Virus record (IMG/VR): IMGVR_UViG_3300032320_000535
Coordinates: 1-45,338 of that record
Direction: 5' to 3' (one strand)
Origin: a virus
Lineage: Duplodnaviria > Caudoviricetes
DNA: 45,338 nucleotides
Part shown: piece by piece, positions 18,551 to 27,222 of the stretch
Layout: each line of letters starts with the position of its first letter
How positions within the stretch are numbered: the first letter of the stretch is position 1
Notes under the pieces: generated by a model
Database searches by the model: none
The model's input: only the letters and a program-made list of their open reading frames with translations
Told to the model about the DNA's origin: nothing
Translations under genes and position numbers: made by a program

Positions 18551-19096
18551 ATGGAATCACGTTTAAAAAAATCTCTCAATGCTGGTGGCCGCAATGATCG
18601 CGCAAGCGAGGACGCAAGCCGCAAAGCACCTGAGGATAAGTTCATTTCAAATCAGGAACGTCGCAAGATGTGGAGTGAGGAATGGACGCAATCAGCATTG
18701 CCAAAACTGCCCGACATGGACGGGTGGCACCTTTGCTGGCTTTCGACAACCAACAGCTACGACAGCATAGATAAGCGGATTCGCTTGGGTTACGTTCCCG
18801 TTAAATCGGATGAGTTGCCCGGCTATGAAGACTATCGCGTGAAGTCAGGTGAGCATGTTGGATACATCTCATGCAACGAGATGTTGTTGTTCAAGTTACC
18901 CATGGATATTTACCAAGAGGTCATGGCTTATCACCATCACGACAAACCACGTGAAGAGGCTGAGAAGATTCGTGTCCAAGTGGCAAACCTCCAAGGACAG
19001 CGTGACAGCAACGGCAAGTCGCTTGTGAATGTTGAGGGCGAAGGTATTGGCTCTATTGAACAGCAACCCAACCGAACGCCCGTATTTTCGGGTTAA
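18551..19096 (+). CDS. hypothetical head-module protein
   Basis: AAGGGG RBS; between scaffold and capsid genes. Confidence 0.7.
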   Translation: MESRLKKSLNAGGRNDRASEDASRKAPEDKFISNQERRKMWSEEWTQSALPKLPDMDGWHLCWLSTTNSYDSIDKRIRLGYVPVKSDELPGYEDYRVKSGEHVGYISCNEMLLFKLPMDIYQEVMAYHHHDKPREEAEKIRVQVANLQGQRDSNGKSLVNVEGEGIGSIEQQPNRTPVFSG

Positions 19097-19110
19097 CTAA
19101 GGAGTAAATT

Positions 19111-19707
19111 ATGAGTGCAACCTCTGCTCCGTTTGGCTTGCGTCCTGCGTTCCATCCTTCTGGTTTGGATCGTGCTCAGGCGCTCGCTGGCGGCATCCCT
19201 TCGGCGTACAACACTGACATTCTCAAAGGTCAGCCCGTTCGCTATCAAACTACTGCTATTGGCGGTACTCTCGGCACAATTCTTCCCGCCACCACTTCCG
19301 GTGCTTGGGTTGGTGCTTTTGCTGGCGTCCAGTTCACTGACACAACCGGCCGCGCCCGTGTGTCTAACTACTGGCCTGCCAACACCGCATATACCGCTGG
19401 TACATGCGTGGCTTACTTCTACAACGACCAAAACATCGTTTATGAAATTCAAGCCGACGGCTCAATGGCCCAAACCACCATTGGCAACGAGTTCAACTTC
19501 ACTAACGTGACCGCTGGTTCCACAACCACAGGTTTGTCGCAAGCCACTTTGGGCTCTGCAACTGCCGTGGGTAATGGCGCGCAAGGTCAAATGCGTGTTG
19601 TTGACATTGCTCCTTATCCGGGCAATGACTGGGGCGACGCATACACCATCGTGCGCGTTGTTTGTGCAAACTCGCAATTCTTCGGTGCTGTCACCGCAAT
19701 TGCTTAA
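19111..19707 (+). CDS. probable capsid decoration/cement protein
   Basis: APFGLRP start, Gly/Thr/Ala-rich beta composition, immediately before the MCP. Confidence 0.6.
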   Translation: MSATSAPFGLRPAFHPSGLDRAQALAGGIPSAYNTDILKGQPVRYQTTAIGGTLGTILPATTSGAWVGAFAGVQFTDTTGRARVSNYWPANTAYTAGTCVAYFYNDQNIVYEIQADGSMAQTTIGNEFNFTNVTAGSTTTGLSQATLGSATAVGNGAQGQMRVVDIAPYPGNDWGDAYTIVRVVCANSQFFGAVTAIA

Positions 19708-19725
19708 CTAGCCAAGGAGTAAAAA

Positions 19726-20640
19726 ATGGCCGCACCAATGCGCAGTACGGACTTCCGTTCCATCGTTGAACCAATTCTCAACGAGTGTTTTGACGGAGTC
19801 TATGATCAACGTGCCGACGAGTGGAGCCGTGTGTTCCGCGAAGAAGACGGCATTCCACGCAACTACCACGAAGAACCCGTCCTGTACGGTTTCGGAGCCG
19901 CACCTCAGTTGCCTGACGGTACGCCCGTAACCTATCAACAGGGTGGTGTGCTCTTCTTGAAACGCTACCTGTACAAGGTGTACGGTCTCGCTTTCGCCCT
20001 GACTAAAGTCTTGGTTGAAGACGGTGACCACATCCGTATCGGTCAGGTGTATGCACGTCACTTGGCTCAGTCTCTGGTGGAAACCAAAGAACTGTTGGCC
20101 GCGAACGTGTTAAACACTGCGTTCAACAGCGCCTTCCCCGGTGGCGACGGTGTGTCTTTGATTAACACATCGCACCCCATCGTTAACGGCACTTTCAGCA
20201 ACCAACTGGCTACCGCCGCCAACCTGTCCCAGACTTCTCTGGAGCAGATGTTGATCCAAATCCGTCAGGCTGTGGACAACAACGGCAAGAAGATTCGTCT
20301 GGTTCCACGTCAACTGATCGTGGCTCCCGGCAACATCTTCCAAGCTGAAGTTCTGCTGAAGTCTGTGCTACGTACAGGCAACGCAAACAACGACATCAAC
20401 CCCGTCAAGTCTATTGGCTTGCTGGACGAAGGTGCCGCTGTTCTGTCGCGTCTGACTTCGAGCACTGCATTCTGGGTTCAAACCGACGCTCCTGAGGGCT
20501 TCAAGCTACTCATGCGCCGTCGTTTGGAGAAGACCATGGAAGGCGACTTCGAGACCGACACAATGCGTTACAAGGCGACCGAGCGTTATGACCTCGGCTT
20601 CACCGACCCACGTTGCGCGTACGGTACTCCCGGCGTCTAA
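19726..20640 (+). CDS. major capsid protein (Mu gpT-like HK97 fold)
   Basis: 304 aa; GDGVSL...HP, LIVAPG, DFETDTMRYKATERY...DPR; strong RBS; followed by a terminator. Confidence 0.9.
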   Translation: MAAPMRSTDFRSIVEPILNECFDGVYDQRADEWSRVFREEDGIPRNYHEEPVLYGFGAAPQLPDGTPVTYQQGGVLFLKRYLYKVYGLAFALTKVLVEDGDHIRIGQVYARHLAQSLVETKELLAANVLNTAFNSAFPGGDGVSLINTSHPIVNGTFSNQLATAANLSQTSLEQMLIQIRQAVDNNGKKIRLVPRQLIVAPGNIFQAEVLLKSVLRTGNANNDINPVKSIGLLDEGAAVLSRLTSSTAFWVQTDAPEGFKLLMRRRLEKTMEGDFETDTMRYKATERYDLGFTDPRCAYGTPGV

Positions 20641-20646
20641 AGTGAC

Positions 20647-20679
20647 AGGGGCTGGTCTAAAAAGCCAGCCCTTTTTTTT
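20647..20679 (+). terminator. intrinsic terminator after the MCP gene
   Basis: GGGGCTGGT-loop-GCCAGCCCT followed by a T-run. Confidence 0.85.
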
Positions 20680-20711
20680 AAACTGATCATGCTTTTCAAG
20701 GAGAAGATCAA

Positions 20712-21959
20712 ATGCCTCAATTTTCAGACGACCTATTTTTAGGCCCCGCCCAAACGTACATGGGTACGGGTCTACGTAACTACTCCACCACCGCAACTGG
20801 CGGCACTGGTGGTTCTTCTTCTACAACTCTGACAGTGACTGCTGTGGGCTTTGGCGCACCAATTACTGTTGGTATGTTTGTTGACGGCACAAGCGTGACC
20901 GACGGCACCTACATCACTGCATTTGGCACTGGTACTGGTGGTGCAGGTACTTACACGCTGAATCAAGCAATTAACATTGCTAACACAACAGCTTTGACTC
21001 TTCATGATTTAGAGCCTTTTGACAATCCTGCTCCAATGAGTTTAGGTATTGGTCCATTGGGTCGTATCTACGTTTGGGACGTGGTGCCTCAAGCCGCTGT
21101 TGCAAACAACATTGCCGCTTCGCAAACTCCTGCGGCTGCTGGCTCGTTGACTTTGACTGCTGGCACTTCCGTGAAATCAGTCACTACAGCCGCTGGTGTT
21201 TCTGCTTTAACACTTGATATGCCTCGCGGCGTCAGCGTGACAACTGCAACTGCCGCTGTCGCTACTTTGTCAAGCGTGGCTGTGACTGGTACTGGTGGTC
21301 AGATTTCTTATACCTCTCAAGCAGGTTTGGTAACTGGTCAGCGCGTGACTGTGACAGGTACATTGAGTGGCAGTGCAACCATCACTGGTTACAGCACCCC
21401 AACAACCTACATCTTGACCGCTGTAACAGCAACTACTGCAACCCTGACTACTACAGCAGGCGCGGCAGTTGTAACCACCGCAGGTACAACGACTGGTTTG
21501 ACTTTCACTTTGGGTGTGGCTCCAGTAACTGTGACTGTGACTGGCTTTGACGTTTACGGTCAATCTATGAGCGAAGCAATCACTTCTAGCGCCGCTGTAA
21601 GCACCGCCGTGAGTGGTTTGAAAGCCTTTTACCTCATCACCTCTGTGAGCGTGAGTGGCGCTACTGGTACTGCTCTGACTGTTGGCACAACCAACGTGTT
21701 GGGTTGCCCAGTTCGTGTTCCTAACATTGCTTATGTGGCAAGCGTCAAGAGCAACAACGCTTTGGCGCAAGATGGCGGTACGTTTGTGGCGGCTGACACC
21801 AACACTGCTACGACCACCACTGGTGATGTTCGCGGTACATACACCCCTGCCACTGCATCGAACGGCATCGTTCGCACAGTAGTAGGAATCTTGTTGCCAG
21901 CAATCGCTGTTGGGCCTAACGCAACTCGCGTTGGCGCTCTCGGCGTCACACAAGCCTAA
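20712..21959 (+). CDS. Thr/Ala/Gly-rich virion structural protein
   Basis: Beta-rich composition; shares an ~80-aa module with 36618..38891. Confidence 0.7.
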   Translation: MPQFSDDLFLGPAQTYMGTGLRNYSTTATGGTGGSSSTTLTVTAVGFGAPITVGMFVDGTSVTDGTYITAFGTGTGGAGTYTLNQAINIANTTALTLHDLEPFDNPAPMSLGIGPLGRIYVWDVVPQAAVANNIAASQTPAAAGSLTLTAGTSVKSVTTAAGVSALTLDMPRGVSVTTATAAVATLSSVAVTGTGGQISYTSQAGLVTGQRVTVTGTLSGSATITGYSTPTTYILTAVTATTATLTTTAGAAVVTTAGTTTGLTFTLGVAPVTVTVTGFDVYGQSMSEAITSSAAVSTAVSGLKAFYLITSVSVSGATGTALTVGTTNVLGCPVRVPNIAYVASVKSNNALAQDGGTFVAADTNTATTTTGDVRGTYTPATASNGIVRTVVGILLPAIAVGPNATRVGALGVTQA

Positions 21960-21970
21960 AGGAGAAGGTC

Positions 21971-23482
21971 ATGGGTCAATTTAAACCAATGGTCAAAATG
22001 ATGACCGACGAGCCTTCAGTTATTCTGAAACTCAAAAAAGGCGGTAAGGTTGCTGTAAAAGGCGGCAAGGATAGCGGCCATAAAGCCATGTCTGGAGCCA
22101 ATCCTTTTGCCGAAGCTGAAAGTGGTATGGCTCCTAAAAAGCCATCCATGGCTGAACGTCGCAAGGCAATGAATCCAAACATGTATGCCAAAGGCGGCAA
22201 AGTCGCTCGCAAGCAAATGGGTGGTGGCATGCCTATGAATATGCCCGGTGCCATGCCCGGCGCTACAGCACCTGCTCCTGCGCCTATGCAGGCCATGGGC
22301 CGTCAGGCTCTGGCTGGTATGGCCCCTGCCCAGCGCATGAGGCGTGCCGCAATGGTCAAGCGCGCCATGAGTGGCATGAAGGACGGCGGCTCTGCTGAGT
22401 GCAAGGCTCTTGAGAAAGAGTTGAAGCACCACGAGTCCATGTCTGCCTCAAAGGCGCACGGCAAAGCCTCTGGCGGCTCAATCGACAAGGCAATGACCAA
22501 AACCACCATTGAAGGCAATGCTGGCAAGTACGCCAAGACCAAAATGGACACATCCAAGAAGGATCGCGCCCATGGTACTGGTGGCGTAAAAGAAGGCATG
22601 CCCGGCGGTTACGCCATGGGTGGCTCTATCATGGGCAACGAAAAGGCCTATGAGAAAACCAAGATGGTTACCGCAGGCAAGGGCAAGACTAGTGGTAGCA
22701 CTGGTGGCGTCAAGATGGGCAATGCAGGCGGCTTTAAAAGCGGCGGCAAAGTGCCCGGTCTTGGCAACGCAATTGAAGGTGGCAATTGGGAAAATCGTCC
22801 TGCCAATTCAGCCAAGCCCGGTGTTAAGAACACTACCACTGGTGGTGTGAAGAACGGCAACGGTGGCGGCTACAACATGGGAGGGCGTGCCTCAAAAAAA
22901 GCCTACGCGACGGGGGGAACTGTTGATACAGGCAAACCCGTCGCGATGCCACGCAAGCCTGTCTCGCGTCCGATAGCGAACAGCTTGCAGTCAGGCACTT
23001 TTGCCAAAGGCGGTAAGGTTGAGAAAGAGGAGAAGCCAAGCCTTCGGCTCATCAAGACCCATACCGGCCCCAAAGGTCATGTAGCAAAGGTTTATAAAGA
23101 CCGTGAATATGGTGAGCATCGTGTGAAATTCTTCAGTCCTGAAGGAAAACACATGACCAATGCTGACTACCACACCGATGACGTGAGCGATGCTCATGAC
23201 ACCGCTGAAGGTCAATTGAACCGCTACAAGATGGGTGGCAAAGCAAAAAAGTTTGACAGTGGCGGTTCTACCGATGACAAGTACTTTGTCAAAGACCCAA
23301 AGGCAACAGCCGACAAAGCAAGTCGCGAACTTGAAGAAGCGCTGAATCCTTTGAGTATGGTTAAGGAACTGGCTGGCAAAGCGAAGAACTACTTCATGCC
23401 CAAGGCTGACAGTGTGACCAAGACCAAAGAGTCTGTAACGGTCTCACCAGCAACTAAAAAGCGTGGCGGTGGCGCTTGTTAA
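21971..23482 (+). CDS. Lys/Gly/Met-rich low-complexity protein with about 13 xxxGG motifs, putative internal head protein
   Basis: LKKGG, YAKGG, KQMGG, MKDGG, KASGG, YAMGG, FKSGG, YNMGG, YATGG, FAKGG, YKMGG, FDSGG, KKRGG. Confidence 0.75.
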   Translation: MGQFKPMVKMMTDEPSVILKLKKGGKVAVKGGKDSGHKAMSGANPFAEAESGMAPKKPSMAERRKAMNPNMYAKGGKVARKQMGGGMPMNMPGAMPGATAPAPAPMQAMGRQALAGMAPAQRMRRAAMVKRAMSGMKDGGSAECKALEKELKHHESMSASKAHGKASGGSIDKAMTKTTIEGNAGKYAKTKMDTSKKDRAHGTGGVKEGMPGGYAMGGSIMGNEKAYEKTKMVTAGKGKTSGSTGGVKMGNAGGFKSGGKVPGLGNAIEGGNWENRPANSAKPGVKNTTTGGVKNGNGGGYNMGGRASKKAYATGGTVDTGKPVAMPRKPVSRPIANSLQSGTFAKGGKVEKEEKPSLRLIKTHTGPKGHVAKVYKDREYGEHRVKFFSPEGKHMTNADYHTDDVSDAHDTAEGQLNRYKMGGKAKKFDSGGSTDDKYFVKDPKATADKASRELEEALNPLSMVKELAGKAKNYFMPKADSVTKTKESVTVSPATKKRGGGAC

Positions 23483-23486
23483 AAAC

Positions 23487-23512
23487 AAGTGGGGGCTTCG
23501 GCCCCCGCTTTT
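23487..23512 (+). terminator. intrinsic terminator with UUCG loop
   Basis: AAGTGGGGGC-TTCG-GCCCCCGCTT-TT. Confidence 0.8.
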
Positions 23513-23526
23513 AATTGGAGAAAAAT

Positions 23527-24300
23527 ATGGGAATTTATTCATCAGTGTCCCGCCAAGGTGCATACGAGCCGTTTGAGTTGCAAGTGGCGCGTGGTCAAAT
23601 TCAGGCACACTCTGTCGTAACGATTGCTGGCTACAACTCTGATGTTGACACCTCGTGGGAAATGATTACGCCCGTTGGCAATTTGTCCTATCCCGCCGCC
23701 GCTTTGCAAATGACTGTGAGTTCTGCTGACGCAGACGACACATCAGCAGGCACTGGCGCACGAACTGTGTTGATTACTGGTTTGGACGCCAACTATGCAG
23801 TTATCAGTGAGACCGTGACCATGAATGGTCAGACCGCTGTGACAACTACAAATTCATTCTTGCGCATCAACGCTATGTTGGTGACAACCGCAGGTACAAG
23901 CCTCGCAAACGAAGGCATCATTTATATTGGCACAGGCACTGTGACCTCTGGCGTACCAGCGACCATCTACAACGTGATTGCGGCTGGTTTCAACAACGCA
24001 ACCTCAAGCCAATACACAATTCCTGCTGGCTACACAGGCTATTTGGCTGTGGCTCGAATTGGTTTGGCGCAAGACGCTGGAACCACTTTGATTACTGCTC
24101 GAACACGCTTTGTAGGCACAAACGGAATTGCCTTGACTGGCCCAGTCATCGTAACCAACAACGGCATTTCTACCATTGACTTTTCGTATCCTATTGCTAT
24201 TGCTGAGAAGACTCGCATTCAAGGCGAAGCAATTGGTAATGCTGTTGACAATGAAGCGGCTGGTTTCTTTGAGTTGGTTCTCATCAAGAATGCTGACTAA
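23527..24300 (+). CDS. virion structural protein (beta-rich)
   Basis: GGAG RBS; GTGARTVLITGLDANY...ETVTMNG; structural gene context. Confidence 0.65.
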   Translation: MGIYSSVSRQGAYEPFELQVARGQIQAHSVVTIAGYNSDVDTSWEMITPVGNLSYPAAALQMTVSSADADDTSAGTGARTVLITGLDANYAVISETVTMNGQTAVTTTNSFLRINAMLVTTAGTSLANEGIIYIGTGTVTSGVPATIYNVIAAGFNNATSSQYTIPAGYTGYLAVARIGLAQDAGTTLITARTRFVGTNGIALTGPVIVTNNGISTIDFSYPIAIAEKTRIQGEAIGNAVDNEAAGFFELVLIKNAD

Positions 24301-24302
24301 TC

Positions 24303-24581
24303 ATGCCAAGCAAATCATCTTCTCAACACAATTTGATGGCGGCGGTCGCACATAACCCTGCGTTCGCCAAGAAGGTAGGCATCTCTCAAAAAGTCGGCAA
24401 AGAGTTTGCCAAGGCTGATGAGGGTAAAAAATTCAAAGGAGGCGGTCTCTATGACAACATCAATGCAAAACGCGAAAGAATCGCTGAAGGCTCTGGCGAA
24501 AAGATGCGGCGAGTGGGTAGCAAAGGTGCGCCAACGGCTCAAGCCTTCCAAGAGTCAGCCAAAACAGCCAAATCAAAATGA
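24303..24581 (+). CDS. small basic protein
   Basis: Lys-rich; central FKGGG motif. Confidence 0.7.
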   Translation: MPSKSSSQHNLMAAVAHNPAFAKKVGISQKVGKEFAKADEGKKFKGGGLYDNINAKRERIAEGSGEKMRRVGSKGAPTAQAFQESAKTAKSK

Positions 24582-24832
24582 GCAAGAAAAAAGTTAATCT
24601 TGCTGTTGGTCGCGGCGAGAAGTTGCCTGTTGAAAAAGGCGCTGGATTAACAGCCAAAGGTCGGGCAAAATACAACCGTGAAACTGGGAGCAATTTGAAG
24701 GCGCCACAGCCTCAAGGCGGTAGCCGCAAGGACTCGTTTTGCGCTCGCATGTCAGGCGTTGTGGAGCACTCTAAAGGGGATGCACCTCGCGCTAAGGCTT
24801 CGTTAAAACGCTGGAATTGCCCCGGCTGGTAA
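24578..24832 (+). CDS. small basic protein
   Basis: GLTAKGRAKYN...RKDSFCARM...SLKRWNC. Confidence 0.7.
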   Translation: MSKKKVNLAVGRGEKLPVEKGAGLTAKGRAKYNRETGSNLKAPQPQGGSRKDSFCARMSGVVEHSKGDAPRAKASLKRWNCPGW

Positions 24833-24844
24833 CAAGGAAAAATT

Positions 24845-25309
24845 ATGGAATACAGTCCTTTTGCAAAAATCAACAAATCTCCAAAAGAGAAGCAAGCATT
24901 GATTGATGCACCACCACGCAAGCAACAAGCGGATAAGCCAATCATCAAAGAAGTAAGCCCCCATGTTCGGATTGTCAAAACAGGCTCGGGCATGAAGCCG
25001 GGCGACAATCTTGAAATACATGAGAAGGTTGGCGATGACTGGAAAAAACATTGGGGCACCAATGAGATGTCCAATGACATGGCTTCGACTGAAATAAGAG
25101 AAAAAGCCGAGGCTCTTGCAAAAAAGCGTGCGCAAGAGAAAACAAAAAAAATGCCTGTGCAGAGTTTTGAAAAAGAAAAAGCTGAACACGGCTACCTGAG
25201 TGTTCCCCAGCGCCAAAAACTCATTGAAAGCGGCGAGTACAAGGGCTACTTGAAAAAAGGTGGGAAAGTATCAACTCGCACCTCAAGCAATAAAAAGTCA
25301 AGCTGGTAA
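24845..25309 (+). CDS. basic hypothetical protein with C-terminal LKKGGKV motif
   Basis: AAGGA RBS; Lys-rich. Confidence 0.65.
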   Translation: MEYSPFAKINKSPKEKQALIDAPPRKQQADKPIIKEVSPHVRIVKTGSGMKPGDNLEIHEKVGDDWKKHWGTNEMSNDMASTEIREKAEALAKKRAQEKTKKMPVQSFEKEKAEHGYLSVPQRQKLIESGEYKGYLKKGGKVSTRTSSNKKSSW

Positions 25310-25318
25310 GGAAAATTC

Positions 25319-26374
25319 ATGGCTTACTCTGGAACCGTTGGACAAACAGTTGTCTCAGTACAAAAATTCATCGACCAAGGGGCCCGGATGTCGGGCAAAC
25401 TTGCCGAAGAATTGACTGTTGAGCAAGTTCAAGGCTCCAAGCAAGCGCTGTTTTTCATCCTCTCCAACCTGATCAATCAGGGCATCAACTACTGGTGCAT
25501 CAGCAAGAAGGTCTACGGTCTCAAGGCTGACCAGTACGAGTACCTGCTACCTCTGGGTGGCAACGACGTCCTGAACGCCCTGTATCGCACCCTGACACGG
25601 CCATCTGGTGCTGGATATGCATCGTCTGGTAACGCCGGGCTGGCTTTTGACAACGACGTAACGACCTCAGACGCGCAAACAGCGATCAATGGCTACATTG
25701 CCATCAACTACGGCAATACGCCCGTCTACGCTGGTTCTATTGGCATCCTGCCTGCCACGTCTGGCTCATTCCACATCTTGCTTGAATGGTCGAACGATGG
25801 ATCGACATGGAATCTGCTTGAAGACACTGGCGTGACTACGTGGGTGAACGGTGAATGGCTGTGGTACGACATCGACCCCGGCCAGACTTGCACCTACTAC
25901 CGCATGCGCGAGACTGGCGGCGGCACATTGAACGTGGCCGAGTTCTACGTTGGCAACAACTCCACCGAAGTCACCATGGCTCGTTTGAACCGTGACGACT
26001 ACACAAACTTGCCGAACAAGAACTTCACGGCCAACCAGCCGTATCAGTACTGGTTCAACCGAACACTGCCACAGTCAACAATTGTGCTGTGGCCAGCCCC
26101 GTCCGATCCGTTTGTGCAAATGACGATCTGGTACTCGCGCCAAGTGATGGACGTGGGCGATCTGTACGACGAATTGGAAATCCCTCAATATTTTTATCAG
26201 GCGATTCAGATGATGCTGGCTCACCAGATGAGCCTGATCATGCCCGGTGTTGATCTTGCGCGCATCGCGTATCTTGAAGGCCAAGCCGACAAGTATTTCA
26301 CGATGGCAGAGAACGAAAATCGCGACAGGTCGCCGATCTACTACGCCCCGAATATTGGAGTTTACACACGATGA
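25319..26374 (+). CDS. probable head-tail adaptor with an inserted discoidin (F5/8)-like domain
   Basis: Helical N-terminus; central AFDND...LEWSNDGSTW...YYRMR; C-terminal LWPAP motif. Confidence 0.55.
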   Translation: MAYSGTVGQTVVSVQKFIDQGARMSGKLAEELTVEQVQGSKQALFFILSNLINQGINYWCISKKVYGLKADQYEYLLPLGGNDVLNALYRTLTRPSGAGYASSGNAGLAFDNDVTTSDAQTAINGYIAINYGNTPVYAGSIGILPATSGSFHILLEWSNDGSTWNLLEDTGVTTWVNGEWLWYDIDPGQTCTYYRMRETGGGTLNVAEFYVGNNSTEVTMARLNRDDYTNLPNKNFTANQPYQYWFNRTLPQSTIVLWPAPSDPFVQMTIWYSRQVMDVGDLYDELEIPQYFYQAIQMMLAHQMSLIMPGVDLARIAYLEGQADKYFTMAENENRDRSPIYYAPNIGVYTR

Positions 26375-26880
26375 GCGCCGCCATCTATTGGATTCGCTCA
26401 AAAGAACACACTGACATTACCTGCCAAGGGTACGTCGGAGTGGCTAAGAACGCCTCCAAAAGATGGTGGGGACACAAGTGGGCACTCAAGGCTGGGCGTC
26501 ACGATAATCCACTTTTGTCCAATGCGGTCAACAAGCATGGGTGGGACAACTTGGTCAAAGAGATTGTGCTTATTGCCGATGAGCAATATTGCTACGACAT
26601 TGAAAACAAATTGCGCTCAGAGTCAAAAATTGGTTGGAATTTAGCGGTTGGCGGGTGCAAGCCACCAGTCAGCAAATCACGTGGCCCTGACTATGTTAGC
26701 CCCTTGAAGGGCGTGTCACGCCCAACGCCATGGCTCGTCGGAAGAGAAAAGCCAATGCCTGAAGATTTTTTTAGCAAAGGCGGTAAGGCTGGCAAAGGGC
26801 GCAAGCAAACGCCTGAGCAAATTGCCAAGCGCGTTGCCTCTCGTCGTGCCACATTGGCGGCACAAGGGAGGACTGTTTAA
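26371..26880 (+). CDS. free-standing GIY-YIG homing endonuclease with a NUMOD3-like tail
   Basis: AIYWI...YVGV...RWWGH...E...GWN; C-terminal KGRKQTPEQIAKR. Confidence 0.8.
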   Translation: MSAAIYWIRSKEHTDITCQGYVGVAKNASKRWWGHKWALKAGRHDNPLLSNAVNKHGWDNLVKEIVLIADEQYCYDIENKLRSESKIGWNLAVGGCKPPVSKSRGPDYVSPLKGVSRPTPWLVGREKPMPEDFFSKGGKAGKGRKQTPEQIAKRVASRRATLAAQGRTV

Positions 26881-27221
26881 TGCCTCGTTTTTTAAACACC
26901 GAAGGCAATGCACTAATCGCGATCTTCATCTGCGACCGTTGTCGCATGAAGCGTGCAATTGTGGAGGCCATGCCTGACCCCAACTTTCCGGGCTTAAAGG
27001 TGTGTCAGCAAGGTTGTGCCGATCAGAAAGACCCGTATCGTCTGCCTGCTCGTAAAACCGAACGCATTGCGTTACAGTTTCCAAGGCCCGATGTCAGTGT
27101 GGCGCTTGACCCCAATGACCTCCTTACTCAACCTAGTGGCGGTTACGTCCTGAGCACAGAGCAAAACACAACAACTCCTGCCCAGACTGGTAACCAAGAC
27201 ACAATTGGATTGCAACCCTGA
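26880..27221 (+). CDS. small Cys-motif protein
   Basis: ICDRC...LKVCQQGC...DP...PRPD. Confidence 0.7.
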   Translation: MPRFLNTEGNALIAIFICDRCRMKRAIVEAMPDPNFPGLKVCQQGCADQKDPYRLPARKTERIALQFPRPDVSVALDPNDLLTQPSGGYVLSTEQNTTTPAQTGNQDTIGLQP

Positions 27222-27222
27222 T

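Noticed and set aside
26371-26880. Group I intron around the GIY-YIG gene
   Set aside because: Both flanking genes appear complete and overlap the ORF directly, leaving no room for a ribozyme core.
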